DNA from: Candidatus Saccharimonadota bacterium
Lineage (GTDB): Bacteria > Patescibacteriota > Gracilibacteria > UBA1369 > 2-02-FULL-48-14
NCBI GenBank assembly: GCA_041661045.1
Contig: JBAZVE010000001.1
Span: forward strand, 30,001 to 62,000
Reading direction: 5' to 3'
Length of the DNA stretch: 32,000 nt
Shown here: in pieces, positions 7,794 to 14,968 of the stretch
Layout: each line of letters starts with the position of its first letter
Numbering within the stretch: position 1 is the first letter of the stretch
Notes under the pieces: model-generated
What the model saw: the letters and a program-made list of their open reading frames with translations, nothing else
Told to the model about the DNA's origin: nothing
Database searches by the model: none
Program-made: the position numbers and the translations under genes

Positions 7794-8639
7794 TCAGCAA
7801 AAAACTGAAATCGCATATCCTTCAAGATAAATCTTCTTAGCGCTTCCAGCTCCTTCCATTCGTACGGTCAAATCCCCCATTCCTTCTAAACCAGGACCAC
7901 AACGGATAAGGAATTCTTGCTGACTGGATCTTAAGTGTTTTTGTAAGTATTCAGCGAGAGCTATGGAGCCCACACCGCAGACCAAATCTTCTTCATCTCG
8001 ATTCGGGAAATGACGCGCGTGAGCATCTAGAGCTTCAGTTTCTAATGCAAAAGGAAACAATCCTGTGATTGGATCCTCATCGGTTGAGTAACGAGTACAA
8101 AATGCTCGAATTGCCTGAAAATCTCTCTGAATTTTAAGCAAATTTTCGAGTGTTACAGGAATCATAAGTTTCATTTTCCCTGGAGCGCCTACGAGTTGAA
8201 TGGGCAGGGACTCAAGAATGTGATCAATATGAAGGATCTCAGCAAGTGCTTCTTTTGGAATTTCCAAATCTCTAAATCCTGGAAGGGACTGAGTTTGAGA
8301 AATTTTGCCATCAGGAAAGCGAGTCGCTTCAATGACTGTTCCTTTTGTGTTCACAAACTTTCCCTCCATCACTTGGCTTTGAGGCGGAAAGGCAAGATGT
8401 GCTGCCGCTAAGGTGGCATGCCCACAAGCGAAAGTTTCAGTCGCCCCGTTTTCATAGAGGAAACGGATTGGAATTGGCTTTTTTCTTGTATCAATAATGG
8501 CTGCTACTGTGCATGCAGACTCTCTCACTAGTCTCATGGCTTCCTCGGAATCAAGATCTGCATCAATAACTAGAGCTGGATTCCCCAACTTTGGATTTTT
8601 TGTGAAGGCCTTTACTGTGGTCGCTTGAATCTGTTGCAT
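7794..8639 (-). CDS. PhzF-family isomerase-like protein
   Basis: 281 aa. N-terminal VKAFTKNPKLGNPALV and overall length and pattern typical of the PhzF/YddE family. No competing ORF. Confidence 0.8.
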   Translation of the reverse strand: MQQIQATTVKAFTKNPKLGNPALVIDADLDSEEAMRLVRESACTVAAIIDTRKKPIPIRFLYENGATETFACGHATLAAAHLAFPPQSQVMEGKFVNTKGTVIEATRFPDGKISQTQSLPGFRDLEIPKEALAEILHIDHILESLPIQLVGAPGKMKLMIPVTLENLLKIQRDFQAIRAFCTRYSTDEDPITGLFPFALETEALDAHARHFPNRDEEDLVCGVGSIALAEYLQKHLRSSQQEFLIRCGPGLEGMGDLTVRMEGAGSAKKIYLEGYAISVFC

Positions 8640-8647
8640 GGAGTGAG

Positions 8648-8675
8648 TTTAGCAGATTTTTCGACATTTAATATC
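8648..8675. repeat. degenerate junction repeat R0
   Basis: tttagcagatttttcgacatttaatatc aligns with ttttagtagattttcgacttatttcttg at 10137-10164. Confidence 0.35.
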
Positions 8676-8693
8676 CACTCGTCTGCGACGAGG

Positions 8694-8707
8694 GTGGTGG
8701 GCCCGGC
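8694..8707. repeat. 14-bp copy of the tRNA(CAU) 3' end
   Basis: gtggtgggcccggc is identical to 17556-17569, which is the 3' end of the tRNA gene on the same strand. Confidence 0.5.
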
Positions 8708-8731
8708 CGTGCAAGAGACGAATTTGATTGA

Positions 8732-8917
8732 CTATTTCCTTAATGCCTCACTTCCTCCTAACGCTTTTTGAAGTCCTAACTGTCTTCTGACTTGATCTAC
8801 TTCACCACCTGTTCTTCCAAGAGCACCTGCCGAAATTATTAATTCAGGGATTCTAGGCTCAGGCTCCCGACTAATCATAGCAGCTAAGCTTTCCAGTCTT
8901 GTTGGCCCTCCTGGCAT
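8732..8917 (-). CDS. small hypothetical protein (61 aa), cassette 1
   Basis: ORF 31 nt downstream of a strong promoter (8949-8978) and bounded by repeat elements. No motif recognised. Confidence 0.4.
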   Translation of the reverse strand: MPGGPTRLESLAAMISREPEPRIPELIISAGALGRTGGEVDQVRRQLGLQKALGGSEALRK

Positions 8918-8948
8918 AATATTTTGGTTAAGTTATTATCAAGGTAAG

Positions 8949-8978
8949 ATATTACATCATTTCTTCACATCCTGTCAA
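8949..8978 (-). promoter_or_regulatory. sigma70-like promoter (minus strand)
   Basis: On the minus strand: TTGACA (reverse complement of 8973-8978), an 18-nt spacer, then TAATAT (reverse complement of 8949-8954). Confidence 0.5.
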
Positions 8979-8990
8979 TATTTGTGCGTG

Positions 8991-9025
8991 TGGTCACACT
9001 AGTCGCTCGACTTATTTTTTGTTGG
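8991..9025. repeat. junction repeat R1
   Basis: tggtcacactagtcgctcgacttattttttgttgg. It ends 1 nt before the stop codon of the 9026-9574 ORF. Confidence 0.8.
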
Positions 9026-9574
9026 TTATGAAGCTGTGGCTCCTCTTGACCCCTGAGCTAATTTCCCTTCTAGGATGGCTAATAATGCCTGCGTTCTCCT
9101 GATGTCACCCGCCATGCTAATCAGGCCCTCGTTGCGTCCACTACTTAATGAAGTACCTTCTTGAAATTCTGGAAGGACCCTCCATGCTCTATATCCCTCA
9201 ACAGTAGCTACTTGCCATCCAGAAGATGCTAAAGGTCTTTGCAGATTAACACCTAGCGTATCTCCCCTACTAATTAGTTCAACCTCCGTCCATGGGAAGT
9301 CCCCGGCGTATGTAGTTTGTACAAGCAAGCGGGTCTGTCCGCCTTCACCCTGTTGACCGTGCTGAGCTAAGAGCCTCTGAGCCCTAGTTCGATTGCTATC
9401 AATAAGCTCTTCCAAACCTCCATTCATGCCATTGCTGCTCTCTAAGAAAGCCTCGTCACCCTTCCTCATTCTACTTTCCTCTTCATCTTCTAAGGCCTCT
9501 GTTGCTTCGCTGTCTAAGAGTCCACCTCCATCATACACTGCTCTGAGCCTAGGGAATGGGGATTCTGTTCTCAT
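9026..9574 (-). CDS. hypothetical protein (182 aa), cassette 2
   Basis: Clean ORF bounded by R1 and R2. No motif recognised. Confidence 0.55.
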   Translation of the reverse strand: MRTESPFPRLRAVYDGGGLLDSEATEALEDEEESRMRKGDEAFLESSNGMNGGLEELIDSNRTRAQRLLAQHGQQGEGGQTRLLVQTTYAGDFPWTEVELISRGDTLGVNLQRPLASSGWQVATVEGYRAWRVLPEFQEGTSLSSGRNEGLISMAGDIRRTQALLAILEGKLAQGSRGATAS

Positions 9575-9626
9575 TTTTAAGGAGTTATTGGTTGGTAGGT
9601 AAACTTACCATACGAAAATTGGATTT

Positions 9627-9673
9627 AGCAAACTATTAAAAATTTAATAGTGGTGGGCCTCGACTTATTTTTC
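9627..9673. repeat. junction R2: exact copy of the tRNA(CAU) flank and 3' end, fused to the repeat core
   Basis: 9631-9659 (aactattaaaaatttaatagtggtgggcc) is identical to 17537-17565. It is followed by the core cctcgacttattttt (9658-9672). Confidence 0.85.
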
Positions 9674-10097
9674 AATAATTATCAAAGCCAGATTCACCAA
9701 AAACAGTTTTCTTGGCAAACCTTAGCACATCTTCAAAAGGAGACATGTTGCTGATACTTAGTCCTTCAACCTTGCAAGCTTTTATACCTCCAATAGAAAG
9801 GCTTATCTGAATGTTAAGAAACTCGGTTTTCTTGAAGCTACAGTTCTCAAAGTTACAGCCAACAAGTGCAGATTCTAAAAAAATACAATTATTGAAAGTG
9901 CAATCATTAAAAATTCCGCTTGCAAAATCCCCTCCAAGAATCAAACAGTTTTCAAAAACTCTACCCATAAAATCGCTGTCCATTACATCTCCACTTCCTA
10001 AGCCTCCTGCATAATTTGTAGTTCTCAAGTCGAAAAAACCAGTGAAAGTTTCTTCACTTCTATAAACCCGATCAAATTCTTCTAAGTTTTTTGTCAT
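9672..10097 (-). CDS. pentapeptide-repeat protein (141 aa), cassette 3
   Basis: Tandem 5-residue periodicity: CTFNN CIFLE SALVG CNFEN CSFKK TEFLN. Confidence 0.75.
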   Translation of the reverse strand: MTKNLEEFDRVYRSEETFTGFFDLRTTNYAGGLGSGDVMDSDFMGRVFENCLILGGDFASGIFNDCTFNNCIFLESALVGCNFENCSFKKTEFLNIQISLSIGGIKACKVEGLSISNMSPFEDVLRFAKKTVFGESGFDNY

Positions 10098-10148
10098 ATT
10101 AAAAAATGCAGTTTTACTTTAGCAAACTTTCTGCGTTTTAGTAGATTT

Positions 10149-10178
10149 TCGACTTATTTCTTGGTAGTGATTCGAGTG
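10149..10178. repeat. junction repeat R3
   Basis: tcgacttatttcttggtagtgattcgagtg. The right arm GTGATTCGAGTG is shared with R5 and R8. Confidence 0.7.
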
Positions 10179-10224
10179 AAAGTTTGAACTGGGGGCTAAT
10201 GTAGACAGGAGTATAGTGCTTTGA

Positions 10225-10253
10225 TTGACATGGCTTACTGTATGTAGTATTGT
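10225..10253 (+). promoter_or_regulatory. cassette-internal promoter
   Basis: TTGACA (10225-10230), a 17-nt spacer, then TATTGT (10248-10253). The same elements are conserved at 15429-15457 in the paralogous cassette. Confidence 0.55.
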
Positions 10254-10274
10254 ATACCACTGTAACAGATTGAT

Positions 10275-10910
10275 ATGCCTATATCATCAAAAGTTGAAGA
10301 GGGCGTCGACTATGAGCCAGGGTTCCCTGAAGATTTACGCATTGAAGAGCTCTTCCTATTGGTAGATTCTTGGACAGAGGCTCTTCGTAAGGCGTTGATC
10401 TCTTTAGGTTACAATCCCTTTACAGGAACCAGAGAGCAAAAACCTGAGTACGCAGATCACTTTGAAGGAAGAACTGTTTTGCCAGATGGTAGAGAAGTAA
10501 GGGCCTATTTTATGACTGTTGGAAAGTTCCATGATGGTCAAAGGGTAGCAAATGACCGCTTGGAACTCAGTATAACTCCGGTAAGAGAAGATCAGCATGG
10601 CATCAGCACTGTTTCGATGGGTGAAAATCTTAGATTAGAAGAGGTTAGACTCCTCTTGGGTATACCAAGCCATCACACTAAATGGGTGACCCCTTTCTAT
10701 GCCAGATCCAGGGATACAAAGGATCCTAGAGATTATACCTTTGACGAGCAAAGAGTTTATATCCAGTATGCTCGTTTGCTAAAACAAATCTTAGATCTGC
10801 ATTTCCAACATTCTCTGGGAAGAGTAGCAGAAGACTCTACAGATGTGACAAGCGCGACCGTGACACCGCGTCTTTTAGAAGCTTCAGAAGTTATAGAGGA
10901 AAAAAATTAA
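10275..10910 (+). CDS. hypothetical protein (211 aa), cassette 4; paralog of 15479-16102
   Basis: MPISSKVEEGVDYEPGFPEDL... aligns end to end with the 207-aa product of 15479-16102. No motif recognised. Confidence 0.7.
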   Translation: MPISSKVEEGVDYEPGFPEDLRIEELFLLVDSWTEALRKALISLGYNPFTGTREQKPEYADHFEGRTVLPDGREVRAYFMTVGKFHDGQRVANDRLELSITPVREDQHGISTVSMGENLRLEEVRLLLGIPSHHTKWVTPFYARSRDTKDPRDYTFDEQRVYIQYARLLKQILDLHFQHSLGRVAEDSTDVTSATVTPRLLEASEVIEEKN

Positions 10911-10925
10911 GCAGCCTCAAGTTTT

Positions 10926-10957
10926 GTCACAATTTCCCTCGACTTATTTTTTGGTGG
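10926..10957. repeat. junction repeat R4
   Basis: gtcacaatttccctcgacttattttttggtgg. It supplies the last codons and the TAA stop of the 10944-11456 ORF. Confidence 0.75.
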
Positions 10958-11456
10958 CTCTCAATAGAGTAATCCCTACATCTATTATGTAGACTATGCT
11001 CAGGACTGACAGCCCCAAAGTTAGAAGACCCATTGTATCTATCATTTCAACTCTTAAGTTATCCCAATTTGTGTTGCCTGCTTCCATTAGGCCTATGATT
11101 GTAGAATTGAAATCATTTTTTATAAAAAGCAAGGTGGGCCAAGCACCAATAAGGATTCCTGAGAATAGATAAAGCCATTTTTGTGAAGAATTACTGGATG
11201 TATTGTTTTTTGTTTTTCCTGTTACAAAAAGCCAGCGTTTTTTGCCGTCCAAATGGTCCATAGAAGCGTGGAGCATCTCATACTGACCTGTTTGTAACTG
11301 ATTATTCAAATTCTCAAAGCTATCACCCCCCTCATGGCCGATACAATATGTTTGAATCCCATAAATAATTCGACTCTTGTGCCAAGAAAGATAAAGGACC
11401 AAAAGAGTGATGCAGTTCACAATCAAAGCGATAAGACTAAGAATGGAATCAGGCAT
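10944..11456 (-). CDS. small integral membrane protein (170 aa, ~3 TM), cassette 5
   Basis: Hydrophobic segments ILSLIALIVNCITLLVLYLSW, WLYLFSGILIGAWPTLLFI and LLTLGLSVLSIVYIIDVGITLL. Confidence 0.65.
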   Translation of the reverse strand: MPDSILSLIALIVNCITLLVLYLSWHKSRIIYGIQTYCIGHEGGDSFENLNNQLQTGQYEMLHASMDHLDGKKRWLFVTGKTKNNTSSNSSQKWLYLFSGILIGAWPTLLFIKNDFNSTIIGLMEAGNTNWDNLRVEMIDTMGLLTLGLSVLSIVYIIDVGITLLRATKK

Positions 11457-11487
11457 GTAAGAACTGTGTTAGTAGATAAGCCTATAA

Positions 11488-11496
11488 ATTATACCA
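11488..11496 (-). promoter_or_regulatory. extended -10 element TGgTATAAT (minus strand)
   Basis: The reverse complement of attatacca is TGGTATAAT, 31 nt upstream of the ATG at 11456. The same attataccag string recurs at 12437-12446. Confidence 0.45.
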
Positions 11497-11528
11497 GTGC
11501 TATAGAGTCTTGAAATACATCTTGGAAT

Positions 11529-11590
11529 GCTGCACTTTGTGCAGTATGGTCACACTAGTTCCTCGATTTATTTTTTGGTGGTGATTCGAG
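11529..11590. repeat. junction repeat R5 (hairpin module, core and right arm)
   Basis: gCTGCACtttGTGCAGtatggtcacactagttcctcgatttattttttggtggtgattcgag. Confidence 0.85.
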
Positions 11591-11597
11591 TAAAAAA

Positions 11598-12410
11598 TCA
11601 TAAGATCAGTTCTCCTTCCGTATTAAAAAGAGCTACATTTTCAAAAACCGATCTTATAAACGCTACCTCATCTTTGTCTTCAGCTAATTTTGGTGGCAAA
11701 ATAATTCCTGATATAAAGTTCCCAGGTATACCGCACAAAATTGAAGATAACCTTTGCCCTTCGGGTGAATTCGGGTCATACGGCAATTGATTTATAATCC
11801 CTTTCATTTCTTCTCTCCCCTCAGCGTTATATGGATCCATATGTAGAAGTTCTTTCAATTCAGCAATGTTAGGGTCAATTAGAATTGCTACTTGATCATT
11901 CGTTCTACTGTTTTTGTTTGGCAAAAAAGTGCGTTCCATTTTTGAACTTTTCATTATAAGAGAGCCATCAGGACGCCGTTTTTCATCTGGCACATGGTAC
12001 CAATCCACATAATCCTTTACCGAGGTATCGTGCGGTATTTTATAAAAATCTGCACAGAAATGTGTTTCACTATCTTCAGGTATACCTATCAATTCTCCTG
12101 ATAACACCCCATTTGCTTGCAGAGCTTGGATTTTCTCTCTTGAATAAGATGTTCCGTGAACAAGTGTTCCCGCTACAAGTGGAGTTAAGCCAGCTTGAAT
12201 ACGTATTTGCAAAGGATTTGGAACCTTTAAGGTACTTAATCTTTGAAATAGACCCCATTGTTTTCTTACCTTTGTAAGCTCTTCATCGTTCAACTCCTTC
12301 TCGAGAATCATAGTATCTGGAAGAGGCAATCCAGCTGCCTCCTTCACTTCTGGACTAGTTGCTTCTCTTGCCACCTCCTCTTCAGGTTTTTCTAGGTCTA
12401 AATCTCTCAT
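11598..12410 (-). CDS. hypothetical protein (270 aa), cassette 6; weak H-Y-E ADP-ribosyltransferase-like pattern
   Basis: Clean ORF. LVHGTSYSREKIQALQANGVL resembles the HG[ST]...I...G[LV] NAD-binding motif of the PARP, diphtheria toxin and Tpt1 fold. HFCADFY and DEVAFI are possible second and third motifs. Confidence 0.6.
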   Translation of the reverse strand: MRDLDLEKPEEEVAREATSPEVKEAAGLPLPDTMILEKELNDEELTKVRKQWGLFQRLSTLKVPNPLQIRIQAGLTPLVAGTLVHGTSYSREKIQALQANGVLSGELIGIPEDSETHFCADFYKIPHDTSVKDYVDWYHVPDEKRRPDGSLIMKSSKMERTFLPNKNSRTNDQVAILIDPNIAELKELLHMDPYNAEGREEMKGIINQLPYDPNSPEGQRLSSILCGIPGNFISGIILPPKLAEDKDEVAFIRSVFENVALFNTEGELIL

Positions 12411-12436
12411 TAATTTATCTGATTATAAATCAGCTC

Positions 12437-12445
12437 ATTATACCA
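12437..12445 (-). promoter_or_regulatory. extended -10 element TGgTATAAT (minus strand)
   Basis: The reverse complement of attatacca is TGGTATAAT, 26 nt upstream of the ATG at 12410. Confidence 0.45.
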
Positions 12446-12510
12446 GATTTGCAAAAAACTAACCAGTGATGAGGTTTTAGCAAGACATTTCTGTACAGTA
12501 AAAACCTTGA

Positions 12511-12547
12511 ATGGTCACACTAGTTCCTCGACTTATTTTTTTGGCGG
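12511..12547. repeat. junction repeat R6
   Basis: atggtcacactagttcctcgacttatttttttggcgg. An 8-bp palindrome, ctgtacag, lies at 12491-12498, where R5 and R7 carry their hairpin. Confidence 0.85.
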
Positions 12548-12578
12548 TAGTACGGATGAAAATCGCTCAATAGACTAA

Positions 12579-13763
12579 TCAGACTGACTTACTGGCTACT
12601 TTTTTACGCATGATTGGCAAGACTATCAAGAAGCCTACGAGCATTAATGCCGTCAAAACGATGAGGGGGATTTTTTGACTCTCCAAGGAATCGCTGGACC
12701 ATCCGTATAAAATGGGCCCTATGATCACGGCCGCCTGAGAAACAAAAGAGTAAAAACCGAATTCCGTGCCTGAATTTTCTGGCTTTACCACTCGAGCATA
12801 GTGGGCTCTTAGTATCGACTGGCTATTCCCTACCGCTAACCCACCCAATATTGAAATCAAAATGACCGTTGGTGCGTAGGGTGGGAGCAAAAGAAGCACA
12901 AAGGCCACCAGCATACAGATCATGGAGCTTGAAAATATAGTCGCCATTTTCCCTTTCGCAGCTAAGCGACCGCCTATTAGCGTAGCCGGAAAGGCTACCA
13001 GTTGAATGAGCAAAAGCATGTATCCGATTTGCATTGAAGTCAGTCCCAGTTCTTTTGAGCAATACAAAGCAAAGAAGAGTATGAAAACGGTGATGCACTC
13101 GCTGATGATCCAAAACCCCAAAAGGAACTGTATTTTTTGTTTACGAGTTAAAGTTACTGATTCCTCGTAGCTCGCCGGTAAAGCACTGAAAGACTTCAGA
13201 CCTTTGAGTGCTAATCCTGAGAAAAATGTATAAAAAATGCTGACGCTCAAAAAAACAGGCAGTGAAAATTCCGAACTTTGGCTTTGTATGATGAGTACAA
13301 TGAGCAGACTTAGGATTCCTCCGACATAACCGAAACCCCACGCGAAACCGCTGTAGCGATAGGATTCGGGCCCTTGAGAAATATGAGGCAATACAGAATC
13401 TGAAAGCGATAGTGAGGCAATGAAAATGGCCTGCGTGAGGATAAAAAGTGGAGCAACCAGTGTCTGGGAAAATGAAGTGGCTAGCCCCAACACAATCATT
13501 CCCACGGAGCTTAGAATGATTGTCCACTTTAAGAATCTATATTTTCCATATTTATCAGAAATTTTTCCCAACCACAAAGCTAGTAAGATCCCTAAAAAGG
13601 TCGCGATGGCATTTGCCGTCCCCCACGCCGCAAGCGGATATCCAAAATTGATGAGTACGGTCGCAAAATAAGCTGGGAGAAGAAACGCCCCATAGGAAAG
13701 TATGTAGCTGGAATTTGCAAAATCGTAATAAGCCCAACTCCGTACTATGCTGTTTTTGTTCAT
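12579..13763 (-). CDS. MFS transporter (Atg22/UMF1-like), cassette 7
   Basis: 394 aa and highly hydrophobic, with about 10-12 TM segments. The N-terminal WAYYDFANSSY signature is typical of the UMF1/Atg22 MFS subfamily. Confidence 0.8.
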   Translation of the reverse strand: MNKNSIVRSWAYYDFANSSYILSYGAFLLPAYFATVLINFGYPLAAWGTANAIATFLGILLALWLGKISDKYGKYRFLKWTIILSSVGMIVLGLATSFSQTLVAPLFILTQAIFIASLSLSDSVLPHISQGPESYRYSGFAWGFGYVGGILSLLIVLIIQSQSSEFSLPVFLSVSIFYTFFSGLALKGLKSFSALPASYEESVTLTRKQKIQFLLGFWIISECITVFILFFALYCSKELGLTSMQIGYMLLLIQLVAFPATLIGGRLAAKGKMATIFSSSMICMLVAFVLLLLPPYAPTVILISILGGLAVGNSQSILRAHYARVVKPENSGTEFGFYSFVSQAAVIIGPILYGWSSDSLESQKIPLIVLTALMLVGFLIVLPIMRKKVASKSV

Positions 13764-14578
13764 GGTGCCAGGTTAAACTGTTGTGTATAAACCTCTGGCC
13801 TTCTTAGCTTAAAATAAGGCTTTTGATCCCTAGTTCTAGTGGCTAGTTCCATTTCAATATCTGCATAAACTATCTGTTCTTGATCGTTCGCCTTTACGAT
13901 CACACCACCGTTTGGATCTACAACAATGGATTCCCCACAAAAGTCCATTTTCCCTTCAAGGCCCACTCGATTGCACATCGCAATGAAAACAGAATTTTGC
14001 ATTGCAGGGACTCGAAGTTCCCATTCAAACATTTCAAGAGGTTCGTCCTTGGTATTGGCCGTTGGGATAATGATGATTTGTGCTCCCTGTAAAGCACACG
14101 AGCGAATGCTTTCTGGGTAGTGCCTATCAAAACAAATCACCACACCCACTTTTCCAATGGCCGTGTTGTATACCTTAAAGCCGCTTTCAGATGGGTTGTA
14201 GTAATCCTGCTCGTAGAAACCCTCTGCTTGAACAATATGAACCATTTTAGAAATACCTAAAATTTCCCCATTTGAATCGATCAATGGAGAGGCATCAAAC
14301 TTATCCGCGCCTTCGTTTAGGTAAAAATTTGGCACTGCCACCATCTTCAGCTCTTTACACTTTTCCTGTAGTGATTTAATCACCTGGTCTTCGATTCCTA
14401 TTTCGTAGGATGAGGTGTCTTTGCCTTTATACTGAGGAAAGAATGGGTAAAACTGGAGTTCTGGGAAACAAATGAGGTTTGCTCCATTTTTAGCTGCTTC
14501 CTCCATTGTTGAGATAGCTTTTTCAATATTTCCTTGAATGTTCTCTCCGAGTTTTAGTTGAGCTAAAGCGATTTTCAT
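13760..14578 (-). CDS. carbon-nitrogen hydrolase (nitrilase superfamily), cassette 7
   Basis: Candidate Glu-Lys-Cys triad contexts CFPELQ, ...HYRK-like region and VVICFDRHYPE. Overlaps the downstream MFS gene by 4 nt (ATGA), indicating an operon. Confidence 0.85.
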   Translation of the reverse strand: MKIALAQLKLGENIQGNIEKAISTMEEAAKNGANLICFPELQFYPFFPQYKGKDTSSYEIGIEDQVIKSLQEKCKELKMVAVPNFYLNEGADKFDASPLIDSNGEILGISKMVHIVQAEGFYEQDYYNPSESGFKVYNTAIGKVGVVICFDRHYPESIRSCALQGAQIIIIPTANTKDEPLEMFEWELRVPAMQNSVFIAMCNRVGLEGKMDFCGESIVVDPNGGVIVKANDQEQIVYADIEMELATRTRDQKPYFKLRRPEVYTQQFNLAP

Positions 14579-14628
14579 GATTCAAAAATACCAAAAACTA
14601 AGGAATTTGCCAGACCAAGATTTTTTAA

Positions 14629-14678
14629 GCTGCACTTCGTGCAGTATGGTCACACAAGTCCCTCGATTTATTTAATTG
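14629..14678. repeat. junction repeat R7 (hairpin module and core)
   Basis: gCTGCACttcGTGCAGtatggtcacacaagtccctcgatttatttaattg. Confidence 0.8.
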
Positions 14679-14725
14679 TTATCAAATTAAAGTTAATGTA
14701 TAATAGTTATAACTAATTAATAACT
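14676..14725 (+). promoter_or_regulatory. phd-doc promoter with palindromic operator candidates
   Basis: TTGTTA (14676-14681), a 17-nt spacer, then TATAAT (14699-14704). This is followed by the perfect 10-bp palindrome AGTTATAACT (14705-14714) and a further ATAACT (14720-14725) abutting the ATG. Confidence 0.5.
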
Positions 14726-14968
14726 ATGTTCTATAAACTTATAAAAGTAGGCAATTCAGTCGGAGTCACTTTACCAAGAAAACTACTTGACCTGATGCAG
14801 CTTGAGCAGGGTGAAGATGTTATGATCGAACCCAATATGGAAACTCGAACTATAGTCATCAAACCTGTTTCTGTGGCGAAAGAACAGGTGAATAAATCGG
14901 TCATTGAAGGGACCGCAAAGTTTATCAAACGCTATCCAAAAGCACTTAAAAACTTGGCTGGAAAATGA
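14726..14968 (+). CDS. AbrB/SpoVT-fold antitoxin (Phd-type partner of Doc), cassette 8
   Basis: KVGNSVGVTLPRKLLDLMQLEQGEDV is a swapped-hairpin AbrB/MazE motif. Overlaps the doc gene by 4 nt. Confidence 0.8.
   Translation: MFYKLIKVGNSVGVTLPRKLLDLMQLEQGEDVMIEPNMETRTIVIKPVSVAKEQVNKSVIEGTAKFIKRYPKALKNLAGK

Noticed and set aside
7785-7797. tgtctacactcag at the 3' end of the phzF-like gene resembles the GGTCACACTAG part of the junction repeat.
   Set aside because: The match needs indels, lies inside coding sequence and lacks the CTCGAYTTATTTTTT core. That is too weak to call a repeat copy.
8732-9130. Possible similarity between the 61-aa ORF (…IISAGALGRTGGEVDQVRRQLGLQKALGGS…) and the C-terminus of the 182-aa ORF (…LISMAGDIRRTQALLAILEGKLAQGS…).
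   Set aside because: Only a few scattered identities, and no detectable nucleotide similarity by eye. It cannot be distinguished from chance without a proper alignment.
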